From assembly GCF_004010195.1 (NCBI RefSeq), contig NC_057751.1, forward strand, positions 8,560,060 through 8,607,064: a DNA stretch of 47,005 nucleotides, read 5' to 3'. Position 1 is the first letter of the stretch; the number at the start of each line of letters is the position of its first letter. This DNA comes from Chiloscyllium plagiosum (Eukaryota). The notes beneath the pieces were generated by a model, which was not told where the DNA came from, did not search any database, and saw nothing but the letters and a program-made list of their open reading frames with translations. Shown here one piece after another: positions 35,936 to 47,005 of the stretch. Made by a program: the position numbers and the translations under genes.

Positions 35936-37929
35936 CTCCTCAAACACAAGAAATCAGAACAGCAATAGACCAGTCAACCCTTCAAGCCTGCCCCTCCGTA
36001 GCTGAGCAAGTATGACTTCGGTTCAACTACTCTTCTGAAAGCTGGCACCTCTGACGGTGCAGCAGTTCCTCAGTGGTGTCAGACCAGCCTGTATTTCCAT
36101 GCTTAAACAAACAGGGAGTGATTTTGAACCCACAACTCAGTGTTATCCATTGAAGCACAACTTACACATGTTATCAAGCATGTTATGAAATGATCGATGT
36201 TTGAGCTGGTCTTTAGCACCTTACAAAGGTCCACACCTGAGCCAGCTCCCTGTTCATCAAGGAAAATGATGTAAATAGGGATTATTAAAAAATGGGTCCT
36301 GCCCTCACCTTGACAGTCAAGCTGTCAACAAAAGGACAATGCCTGAGTCTCAGGTGGCATTGACTCATTATATACAAAGTTATGAAAATTTAATATTCCT
36401 CCAATGTTTATTTTTAAATCAACCTCTTCACCGATGTTATCATGCACCTTTAAAGCAGGTGGGAGTTGAACCCAGATCTGGCCTAGAGATAAGGAAACTA
36501 CCACTGCATCACAAGAGCCAGGGATGGCTCACTGAACCCCGACAGGTCTCCATCTGGGTTCATGGTTAGGACCTGGAAATCTGACTGACTCACATGCAAA
36601 TTACGTTGCAAAATATAAAGGGAGTCAGGACTTCACAGTGCTGAATACGTATGAATGAATCTTATCTCCTCTCTTATCCCATTCAACCTTGAATGGCGCT
36701 CTCTGGTTCACAGATTCCTACATTTTAAACAGTTGTGCAAACCATCAATGACAATGAGCCCTTACTAAGATGCAGTTGAAATGTTTTTGTTGACCTATCA
36801 CTACTCTCCGACTGCTTTCAAAGCTGTTGTGCTTTCAAGAGCTGTGTTTTTCTCTTTTAAACAGGACATCTAACAAACTTAGATTCAGTGTCTAATTGAA
36901 GGCTATTTGCAGTAAAACGTGTATCCCTGAAAGTGCACTGCTTTCATGTGTATTGGCTGCAGAGACATTGTCGGATGGGTTTTATTTTAGCTTACGTTGT
37001 AACAAGATCGTTTGGACCATGAGCTTTGATGACTCAACATAATTTTATCTGTCTGTGGAAAGTGTACATTGTGAGCTGTGCATTGAATTAGGACAAGTGC
37101 TGAAAGTCAATTCAGACAGACCTGCAAGGAAGGCAGCTCCCTTGGTTGGGAGCAAGAGGCAGAAATTACGATGGTACAAAAACGCATTAAGCCTGACAAA
37201 ATGCACAGCCGTGCTATGTTTCAACATGAAGGATGTGTTCTGACGCTGAACTCTAGCTCTGTTCACCATAACTCCAAGTTCTGCGGATGATCAGTGGCTT
37301 AAGTACAAAGTCAGGTTTGCAGACGATCCTGTGACTCTGTTTATAAGACAGTCTGGGATAAAGGGAAGAGTGGTGTCCCTGCTATTTCATGCAATTCAAC
37401 AGACAACTACAAAATGTGCACTGGGTGATCAACCCAAAGAAACAAAAATGAACAAGAGAAGGGAAAAAATTGGACTAAAAATTCTCTGCCCCATCCTGAC
37501 TCAATATCCCCCCTTATGACATGCCTTATATTTGCCTCGAGGATTTTTTTTGGGCACCTCTCCAATTAACTCCACATGGTTCAGTGTCAAATTTTGTTCA
37601 CTCGTACTCCTGTCAGGCACACTGATGCATTTCACCACGTACAAGTCACCAGGAAGATTCAAGCTGCTTTCACTGAGACAACATAAAACTGAGTTTCGCA
37701 TTCTCAGCTGGCAGTGTCAGATTGGCTGAGTGTAAGCACCTTTGTGTTTCAGCCAACATTGTTTGAAACCTGAAGAGGATAAAAGCATATGAGAGTGGCT
37801 AAGAGGGCCAGGTTGAAGGTTGAAATGTTAGTGAGAGGAGGTGGTTTGCTAAGTGAGAACAAAGGCCACCTCCTGATTAAAACGTTAAACCCAGTGCCCC
37901 TTTGTCCTGTTATTTATGGAGGCTTGTCA

Positions 37930-38245
37930 ATGATGGTTCAGTGGTTCGCACTGCTGCCTCACAGCGCCAGGGACTTGGGTTTGGTTCCAGCCTCAGGCAA
38001 CTGTCTGTCTAAACTTCGCATATTCTCCCAGTGTCTGCCTGGGTTTCTTCCCAGTCCAAAGATGTGCCAGTTAGGTGGATCGGCCATGGGAAATTGGCCA
38101 TAGTGTCCTGGAATGTGTAGGCTAAGTGGCTGAGCCATGGGAAATGCAGGGTTACAGGGAGAGGGTAGAGGAGTGGGACACTCTTCAAAGGGTCAGTGTT
38201 GCTCGATGGGCTGAATGACCTGCTTCTATGTGGTAGGGAATTTAT
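37930..38245 (+). mobile_element. HE1/V-SINE-type SINE
   Basis: tggttcagtggttcgcactgctgcctcacagcgccagggac...cccagtccaaagatgtgc. Confidence 0.85.
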
Positions 38246-39269
38246 GATTTTATGAAAATAAGCAAGTGCTCCCTTGTGATAAGCTAACATTGCTTTCACT
38301 GCCTCAAACCATCAGTCAATTGTCCCACCGCTGCGAGTGAGTGAAAACATGCCCAGTGTAAAATGATTGAAGGCCCCAATCCAAGCAACAAAATCACAGA
38401 ATTACTGTGGCACGCAATGGGGCTATTCAACCCATCGTGTCAGCATCACTGAATTCCAAACCAAGCCATCGTACATGAGACAGTGAGAAAGCCTCTTACA
38501 ACGCTCAGTGCATTGCTGAATAAGTGATGCATTTGTTATCAAACATTTTCCTGCAGCTTTCCCACTTCAGTGGATAAGCCACATGGTGAGGAGCGATTAA
38601 AGGAAGGTGTGGAGACAATGAGCTGAGAACATTGTGCTGCAAATATTGCTGAGTGCACTTTCTTGCTCCTAAAACAGGGATCTCATTTCTGTTGGACAGG
38701 GAGATTCCAACAAGATGAACTGGCGCAAAGGGTTCTGGAGTAAATTTTGATCCATCTCACAGCCCTTCATCCTGACATTTCATTGGCTTTTGTCCCATGT
38801 TTTGTTATTTTTTTTATTTGCATTCTGTGAGAACTTACTATTTTGATCAATATGGGGGTGGTGTGTCACAGTATGGGGGGGGGGGGGGGGGGGTGCGGAG
38901 TTGAGTGCACGATCCACTGTATTCCAACATCAGACAGACGCCTCAGGCTTTACTCAGTCCTGGGTGAACTGGCTGCTTGCCAAGAAATAGGAAACCTCTG
39001 GTTAGAGATGCCTGAGAGAATTCCACCATTGACTGTGAACAATTAGCATCAACATGGGACAGGAAACCCAAGGACTATTCACAGCAGAGTATTAACCACT
39101 TAGGTTAAAAGTCCACAATGGTGATGTGGGATGTGAAAACAGCCCTATTAATTCCTCGGCATGAGATACAGGGCACACTGCAATCTATATTGTAATCAAA
39201 TGAGTGAATCTTAGCAGGTTTTATTGAGCATAACTGCAGACAAGACAAGAAAGGGCTTACCTTTGAAGC

Positions 39270-39460
39270 CATTAGGGATTTTCATCTGTATGGACAAATC
39301 AGATAGACAAGGCTAACATGGAAGATGCATTTAGAGCATATTTCAGAAATTCTTTCTTCGAGCAGTACATTGCACAGCATTCATGGGAACAGGATATTTT
39401 AGAGCTAGTGATGTATGAGGAGGTAGGATTAACCAGAGACTTCTCAGTTAAGAATCCTAC
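39270..39460 (+). mobile_element. Degenerate CR1 endonuclease fragment
   Basis: GDF...FFEQYI...QDILELVM (~GDFN...FLEQYV...AILDLV). Confidence 0.55.
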
Positions 39461-40489
39461 TGAAAGCATTTAAAGAGGAAATATACTCTTTTGAAATATC
39501 AAGGAATTCAGGGTGATGGCACAAAAGAGGAGTTGAGGCCTGAGTGAAGATGATCTCATGATATGAATTCAATCAGGGTCAGAGGAGTTGTGCCCAATAT
39601 GCCAGTGAGGTTGCATGACTCAAAGACAGCTTACCTGTTCACTGTCACTTGCAGGAGTCTGCCAGTCTCAAAGGGGTTGCCTAATCTCCTGAATTCCTGT
39701 AGGGGCTATACTTTGAAAATATTTTACAGGTGTAAAACATTCTTGGGTATCTTGAGGTCATGAAATGTGCTATAAAAATGCAGGTGTACCTTAAATAAGA
39801 TAGAAGATTCGTTCATAATGATTGCAAGTTATACAGCTGGTAACACCGGTCAAAGCAACAACAAAAGCTCCCTCCCTTACAGGGTAAAGCATGTTTAGCT
39901 TGTGGAGTCAAGACTTCAAAAATCTTACTTCACATACCTCCCTCGTCAAGCCAGTGCTAATTTCAGTTTTGTAGATTATTCAGTGTTTACACAGACAACA
40001 CGAATCAATAAAGACAATCAATGTGGAACTGAGGAGAATAGGTTAAGTGCTGCATTATCCAATGTTTGTAATTTCAGTCAAACTGGTGCACACCAATATG
40101 CACAATAGCTCAGAAGTGATTAAGGCCAATAAATGCAACTCACGCTATTTGGGAAATGAATTATCACTGCAGAAGCAACTGCTGAAAATCTCAAGTGAAG
40201 ATCAAGTGAAAAACAGAAATGATTCCAAGAAACTTGAGCACCCAACTGGATGCTCCCAGTGCAGGGCTGAGGGAGTGCTATACTTTCCAAAGTATCATTT
40301 TCTCATCAAGTCATCAAACAAAGACTCTGCCTCTGGGTTCACATGAAAGATTTTGTTCTACTAATTTTAATCAACAGGTGGAATCTTCTCCCTCGTGTCC
40401 TAGTCAATATCCAGGCCCAATCCATTCTACTGAAACAAGTTATCTAGTCATTATCTCACTGAGGTTTTGGGGATCATGCTGTGTAGAAA

Positions 40490-40800
40490 TTAGATTAGAT
40501 ACCCTACAGTGTGGAAACAGGCCCCTCCTTCCAACAAGTCCACAACGACCCTCCAAAGAATAACCCACCAGAACCATTCCCCTCCCCTACATTTACCCCT
40601 GCCTAATGCATCTCACACTATGGGGCAATTTAGCATGGCCAATTCACCTAACCTACACATCTTTAGATTGTGGGAGGAAACCCATACAGACAGGGGAGAA
40701 TGTGCAAACTCCACACCAACAGTCACCTGAGGCAGGAATCGAACCCAGATCCCTGGTGCTGAGAGGCAGCAGTGCGAACCACTAAGCCACCAGGCCACCC
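40490..40800 (-). mobile_element. HE1/V-SINE-type SINE nested in a plus-strand DeuSINE fragment (~40370-40860)
   Basis: Reverse complement of the 13549 SINE including the attagattag tail. Flanks tgtcctagtcaatat...tcattatctcact and cagctgcacgtttccc...tacacttgaaaaagta are Deu-like. Confidence 0.8.
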
Positions 40801-40867
40801 CAAGTCAGCTGCACGTTTCCCTCCATCACAACAACAACGGTACACTTGAAAAAGTATCATTAAACGA

Positions 40868-41462
40868 ACTTGAAAGGGTTCAGAAAAGATTTACAAGGAT
40901 GTTGCCAGGGTTGGAGGATTTGAGCGAGAGGGAGAGGCTGAATAGGATGGGGCTGTTTTCCTTGGAGCGTCGGAGGCTGAGGGGTGACCTTATAAAGGTT
41001 TATAAAATCATGAGGGGCATGGATAGGGTAAATAGACAAAGTGTTTTCCCTGGGGTCTGGGAATCCAGAAATAGAGGGAATAGGTTTAGAGTGGAGAGGA
41101 AAGATATAAAATTCACCTAAAGGACAACTTTTTCCACACAGAGGGTGGTGTGTATATGGAATGAGCTGCCAGAGGAAGTGACGGGTCTAGATTAGAGTGG
41201 TGCTGGAAAAGCACAGCAGGTCAGGCAGCATCTGAGGAGTAGGAAAATCGACATTACATGCAAAAGCCCTTCGTCAGGACTGGTGGAGGCTGGTACAATT
41301 GCAACATTTAAAAGGCATCTGGATAGGTTTATGAATAGGAAGGCTTTAGAGTGATATGGGCCAAGTGCTGGCAAATGGGACAAGATTAGATTGGGATATC
41401 TGGTCGGCATGGACAGGTTGGACCGAAGGGTCTGGTTCCGTGTTGAACATCTCTATGACTCT
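40868..41462 (+). mobile_element. CR1 3' end interrupted by a Penelope pLTR piece (~41182-41280)
   Basis: MLPGLEDLSERERLNRMGLFSLERRRLRGDL; gaggaagtg|insert|tggtggaggctgg; tail ctctatgactct. Confidence 0.9.
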
Positions 41463-42399
41463 GTGGTTGTGGAGCGATGAGCCGAGTTCATTAAATGCAC
41501 AATATAAATGCAAATTCTTTCTTTCATGATCACCTTGGCCTGACGTCCACAAGTTTCTTGTGGCTTCATTAGTTGAGCATCTCAACTGCCCATTACCATT
41601 CTCTTCTGCTCTGCACCATGAGAGCTTTTGTCATTAAATCTTTCCTCCCATCCACCCTATCACAAGGCTTCCCTTGTGTTCTGTCTGCTGCCTCTGCCCT
41701 TCAACTGATTCAAAACCTGGAACACATCTATCTTCCTTCAGAGCTGGACCTCAACTGTGAGAAACTGTGTTTCTCATCACAGATCACTGGCCTCCTGTTG
41801 ATTTCAGCATTTTATGCTTTCATCCCGCTGCATGTTACTTGTTGATCTCAGCTGAGGTGTCAAGGAAAGCGCAACACTTTGAGTCTGACGTGGACTTAAG
41901 CAGCCTCCAGGTTTGTGGTTTGATTTATTGGTGTCACATGTACCAAGACACCATGAGAAGTGCTGTTGCGCGTGCTGTACAGGCGGATCATACAGTTCAA
42001 CGTGCATTTGGGTAGCAGAACTGAGTGCAAAATACAGTGTTACAGCTGCAGAGAAGGTGCACAGAGCGAGAGAGAGGGAGAGAGAGATCAGTATTAACAG
42101 TTAAGCTCCATTTCAGCAGCAGGAGTCAAAAAGGCATGAGCCGCGGGCAGCCAGGAAGGTAAATTTGAATATTAAATACTTAGCTCATGAATCAGCACAG
42201 CGAAGGTTGAACTGGAACAGAAGTGGACACTAAGTGAACTAATATATTCACTTAATATATAATAGACCGAAACACTGCACGTGGAGTGTTTATCATTCAT
42301 CCTCCTCCTGTAACTTAAAAAAATAAGACTCGGTGTGGAGGGTTGGTTAGGTATGGATTTTTTAAATCTCTTGGCAATTTAGAGCAGAGGGGATGGAAG

Positions 42400-43325
42400 C
42401 TTGGGCAGTAGGCAGTTTCATGCTCCTCTTGCAGGATGTAGAAGGTAAGGGTCACCACGAGTGACCCTGCTGACTTCGCCTGAGAGAATTGCACCCAACT
42501 CCAGCTCCTCACAGACCGCGTTAAGGAACTGGAGCTGGAGCTGGATGAACTTCAGATCATTTGGGAGGCTGAGGGAGTGATAGAGTGGAGTTAAAGGGAG
42601 GTAGTCAAGTTACCTAAAGTTACGAGATAAAGGTAGATGGGTGACCATCAGAAGAGGGAAAGGGAATAGGCAGTCAGTGCAGGGATCCCCTGTAGCCGTT
42701 CCCCTCAATAATAAGAATACCGCTTTGGATACTGTTGCGACGAACAACCTATCAGGGGAAAGCCACAGCACCTAGATTTCTGGCACTGAGCCTAGCTTTG
42801 TGGGTCAGAACGGAAGGGAGGAGAACAAGAGAGCTATAGTGATAGGAGATTCAATGGTTAGAGGAACAGACAGGAGATTCTGTGGTCGCAAACCAGATTC
42901 CCGGATGGTATGTTGCCTCCCAGGTGCCAGGGTAAGAGATGTCTCAGATCAGGTCTACAGGATTCCTAAGGGGGAGGGTAAGCAGCCAGATGTCATGTTA
43001 CACATCAGTACTAATGACATAGTTAGGAAAAGGGATGAGGACCTGAAAAGAGAACATAGGGAGCTTGGTTGGAAGTTAAAAGGCAGGATGAGCAGAGTAG
43101 TAATCTCAGGACCAGTGCCATGGGCTAGTGAGGCTAGGAATAGAGAGAGAGTGTAGCTGAACACAGGTCTGCAGGGCCTGTGTAGGATGGATGGCTTCAG
43201 ATAGTGGGATGCATTCCGGGGAAGGTGGGACCTGTGCAAGGAGGATGAGTTTCACTTGAACTGGAGGGATACCAATATCCTGGGCAGGAGATTTGCTAGA
43301 GCTCTTCAGGAAGGTTTAAACTAGT
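42400..43325 (+). pseudogene. CR1 ORF1: zinc finger/leucine zipper plus SGNH esterase (disrupted)
   Basis: CSSCRM*...CTQLQLLTDRVKELELELDEL; AIVIGDSMVRGTDRRFCG...VCCLPGARVRDV...HISTND; DEFHLNWRDT. Confidence 0.88.
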
Positions 43326-43449
43326 TTGACACTCATCCAAAGCTACAGATCAGAGGTTGAGACAACTGGTGAACAGGTAGATGCAGTGTGCAGAGAGTCT
43401 GTGAGGAAGGATAGACAGTTGATATGGCAAAGGTATACTCAGTGCGATG

Positions 43450-46200
43450 GATTGAATTGTGTCTATTTTAATGCAACAAGAGTCAGAAATAAGGGTGATG
43501 AACTTACAGCATGGATCAGTACTTGGAACTGTGATGTTCTGGCCATTACAGAGACTTTGATACCATTAGAGCAGGAACGGTTGTTGGATGTTCCCGGGCT
43601 TATATGTTTCAAAAGGACTAGGGATTCAGGTAAAAGAGGTGGGGGCTGGCATTGCCAATCAGGGGTAGTATTACAGCTACAGAAAGGGAGGTCATCGAGG
43701 AGGATTTGTCTACTGAGTCAGTATGGGTGGAAGTCAGAAACAGGAATACAGCAGTCACTTTATTGGGAGTTTTCTACAGACCGCCCAATAGCAACAGAGA
43801 CGGAGGAACAGATTGGGAGGCAGATTTTGGAAAGGTGCAAAAGTAACAGGGTTGTTGTCATGGGCAACTTCAACTTCCCTAATATTGGTTAGAACCTCCT
43901 TAGTGCAAATAAATTTAGAAGGGGAAGATTTTGTCAGGCATGTCTAGGAGGAATTCCTGATTCAATATGTAGATAGGCCAACGAGAGGAGAGGCCATATT
44001 GGCAATGAACCAGGGCAGACATCAGATCTCTCAGTGGGAAAGCATTTCAGTGATAGTGATCACAACTCCCTGACTTTTACAATAGTCATGGAGAGGGATA
44101 AGAGCACACAGTATGGGAAACAATTTAATTAGGGGAGGGGGAATTACAATGCGATTAGGCATGAACTGTGGGGCATAAACTGGGAACAGATATTCTCAGG
44201 GAAATGCATGACAGAAATGCATGGGTGTTGTTTAGGGAGCACTGGCTGCAAGTGCTGGATAGGTTTGTGCCACTGAGGCAAGGAAGAGATGGTAGGGTGG
44301 AGGAACCTTGGATGATAAGAGATGTGGAACATCTCATCAAGAGGAAGGAGGAAGCTTACCTGAGGGTGAGGAAGCAAAGATCAGACAGGGCTCAGGAGGG
44401 TTACCAGATAGCCAAGAAAGAGCTGAAAAATGGACTTAGAAGAGCGAGAAGGGGCATGGAAAACTCTTGGTGGGTAGGATTAAGGAAAACCCCAAGGCAT
44501 TCTACACTTATCTAAGGAACAAGAGGATGGCCAGAGTGAAGGTAAGGTTGATCAGGGATAGTGGAGGAAACCTGTGCCTGGAGTCGGAGGAGGTGGAGGG
44601 GGTCCTTAATGAACACTTTGCTTCACCACTGAGAGGGACTTTGTCATTTGTAAGGACAACGTGAGACAGGCTGATATGCTCAAACAGGTTGATGTTAAGA
44701 AGGAGGATGTGCTGAAAATTTTGAAAAAATATGAGGACAGATAAGTCCCCTCAGCCAGATAGGATATATCCAAGGTTACTGCAGGAAGCAAGGAAGAGAT
44801 TGCTGCACCTTTAGCGATGATCTTTGTGTCCTCACTGTCCACTGGGGTAGTACCAGATGATGGAGAGTGACAAATATTTTTCCCTTGTTCAAGAAAGGGA
44901 ATAGGGATAATCCTGGAAATTATAGACCAGTCAGTCTTATGTCGGTGGTGGGCAAATTATTGGAGAGGATTCTGAGAGACAGGATTTATGATTATCTGGA
45001 AAAGCATAGTTTGATTAGAGATAGTCAGTATGGCTTTGTGAGGGGCAGGTCATGCCTCACAAACTTTATTGAATTCTTTGAGGATATGACAAAAGACATT
45101 GATGAAGGTAAAGCAGTGGATGTGGTGTATGTGGATTTCAGCAAGGCATTTGATAAGGGTCCCCATGGTAGGCTGATTCAGAAAGTGAGTCACCATGGGA
45201 TTTAGGGAAATTTGGCTGTCTGGAATACAGAATTAGCTGGCCCATAGGAGACAGAGAGTGGTAGTAGATGGAAAGTATTCAACCTGGAGCTTGGTGGCCA
45301 GTGGTGTTCCACAGGGATCTGTTCTAGGACTTCTGCTCTTTGTGATTTTTATGAATGACTTGGATGCGGAAGTGGAAGGGTGGGTTAGTAAGTTTGCCAA
45401 TGATATGAAGTTTAGTGGAGTTGTGGATAGTGTGGAGGGCTGTTGTAGGTTGGCAACGGGATATTGATAGGATACAGAACTGGGCTGATCCGTGGCAGAT
45501 GGAGCTCAAACTGGAAAAGTGTGAAGTGGTTCAATTTGGAAAGTCGAATTTTAATGCAGACGACAGGGGTAAAGGCAGGATTCTTGGCTGTGTGGAGGAA
45601 CAGAGGGATCTTGAGGCCCATATCCATAGGACCCTCAAAGTTGCCACCCAGGTTGAGAGGGTTGTTAGGAAGGCATATGGTGTGTTGGCTTCCATTAGCA
45701 GGAGGATTGAATTTAAGAGCCGCGAGGTTATGTTGCAACTCTATAAAGTCCTGATTAGACCACACTTGGAATACTATGTTCAGTTCTGGTCACCTCATTG
45801 GAGGAAAGATATGGAAGCTTTAGAGGGGGTGCAGAGGAGATTTACCATGATGCTGCCTGGACTGGAGGGCATGTCTTATGAAGAAAGGTTAAGGGAGCAA
45901 GGGCTTTTCTCATTCGAGTAAAGAAGGATGAGAGGTGACTTGAAAGAGGTGTATGAAATGATGAGAGGCATAGATAGAGTGGATAGCCAGAGACTTTCTC
46001 CCGGGGCACAAATGGCTATCAAGAGGGGGCATAATTTCAAGGTGATTTGAGGAAGATTTAGGGGAGATGTCAGAGGTAGGTTCTTTACACAGAGAGCGGT
46101 GGGTGCATGGAATGCACTGCCAGCAGTGGTAGTAGACTCAGTAACATTAGGGGCAATTGAGCAACTCTTGGGTAGGCACATGGATGATAGTAAAATGTAG
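43450..46200 (+). pseudogene. CR1 ORF2: APE endonuclease plus reverse transcriptase (disrupted)
   Basis: [82 protein letters not shown]. Confidence 0.93.
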
Positions 46201-46413
46201 GGTATGTACATTAGTTTGATCTTAGAGTAGAATAAAATGTCAGCACAACATTGAGGGCCCAAGGGTCTATACTATACTGTACTGTTCTATGTTCTATTTC
46301 CTTTCAAAAGTCTGATAACAGTGGGGAAGAAGCTATTCTTGATTCCATTCATATGTGCCTTTAAAATTATATATCTTCTGCCCGATGGAAGAGGATGGAA
46401 TAGAGTATAAAGG

Positions 46414-46692
46414 TGGTAAAAACAATGACTGCAGATGCTGGAAACCAGATTCTGGATTAATGGTGCTAGAAGAGCACAGCAATTCAGGCAGCATCCGAGG
46501 ACAGGCAAAATCCAAGTTCAGGCAAAATCGACGTTTCGGGCAAAAGCCCTTCATCAGGAATAAAGGCAGAGAGCCTAAAGCGTGGAGAGATAAGCTAGAG
46601 GAGGGTNNNNNNNNNNNNNNNNNNNNNNNNNNNNNNNNNNNNNNNNNNNNNNNNNNNNNNNNNNNNNNNNNNNNNNNNNNNNNNGGGGGGGG

Positions 46693-46723
<31 letters not shown>

Positions 46724-47005
46724 AGAGAGTAGCATAGAGTACAATAGGTCAGTGAGGAGATGAAGGTGATAGGTCAGGGAGGAGAGGGTGGAGTGGAGAG
46801 GTGGAAAAGGAGCTCGGCAGGTCGGACAAGTCCGGACAAGACAAGGGGACAGTGTTGAGCTGGAGGTTAGAAACTAGGATGAGGTGGGGGAAGGGGAAAT
46901 GAGGAAGCTGTTGAAGTCCACATTGATGCCCTGGGGTTGAAGTGTTCCGAGGCGGAAGATGAGGCGTTCTTCCTCCAGGCGTCTGGTGGTGAGGGAGCGG
47001 AGGTG
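46414..47005 (-). mobile_element. Penelope-like element 3' end (GIY-YIG C-terminus plus pLTR, hammerhead at 46530-46557)
   Basis: Minus frame LTTRRLEEERLIFRLGTLQPQGINVDFNSF; CTGATGAAGGGCTTTTGCCCGAAACGTC intact. Confidence 0.9.
46607..46683. other. Assembly gap (77 N) next to a poly-G run
   Basis: Run of n characters. Confidence 1.

Larger units (their letters stand above)
42116..46297 (+). mobile_element. Near full-length CR1 LINE, inactivated
   Basis: 5' UTR, ORF1, ORF2 and (gttctat)n tail all present; approximate TSD tcc(a)tttca; many stops and frameshifts. Confidence 0.93.
41915..46412 (-). mobile_element. Rex1/Babar-type LINE 3' end split by the large CR1 (pieces ~41915-42115 and ~46300-46412)
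   Basis: Minus ORF LFHPLPSGRRYIILKAHMNGIKNSFFPTVIRLL matches the Rex1 C-terminal LPSGRRY...NSFFP motif; 3' UTR with aataaa (plus-strand tttatt) near 41925. Confidence 0.65.

Noticed and set aside
39634..39696. Minus-strand exon-like segment with a gtaagc donor
   Set aside because: Falls within a DeuSINE-like remnant; no support as a real exon.
1..46603. Inverted near-identical sequences at both window ends suggesting a giant TIR element
   Set aside because: Both are ordinary copies of an abundant Penelope pLTR family; no TSD or transposase.
46355..46732. 125-aa ORF with a poly-Gly end
   Set aside because: Spans an N gap and a poly-G tract within repeats; artefactual.

Overview
Eukaryotic, repeat-saturated non-coding DNA, most likely from a cartilaginous fish (shark). 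This is inferred from the repeat families: HE1/V-SINE-type tRNA SINEs, Deu-domain SINEs, shark-type CR1 LINEs and Penelope-like elements. I see no credible host protein-coding gene; the recognisable ORFs are sense or antisense pieces of retroelements. Contents: one near full-length but disabled CR1 LINE (~42.1-46.3 kb: zinc finger/leucine zipper + esterase ORF1, APE-RT ORF2); many truncated CR1 pieces; four solo LTRs with target-site duplications (TSDs); many Penelope-like pseudo-LTRs (pLTRs) carrying minimal hammerhead ribozyme cores; three Tx1-type L1-clade 3' ends; a Rex1/Babar end; and a layer of extremely decayed RT fossils, all on the minus strand. The best lead is at 19.7-20.7 kb, where two related but distinct Tx1-like elements inserted in tandem at the same nucleotide of a small solo LTR. 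They triplicate a 14-16 bp target and sit sense-oriented just downstream of the LTR's CCAAT/TATA-like promoter, suggesting a site-specific retrotransposon that targets another transposon's promoter. All family assignments are by eye. Boundaries are approximate unless defined by TSDs.
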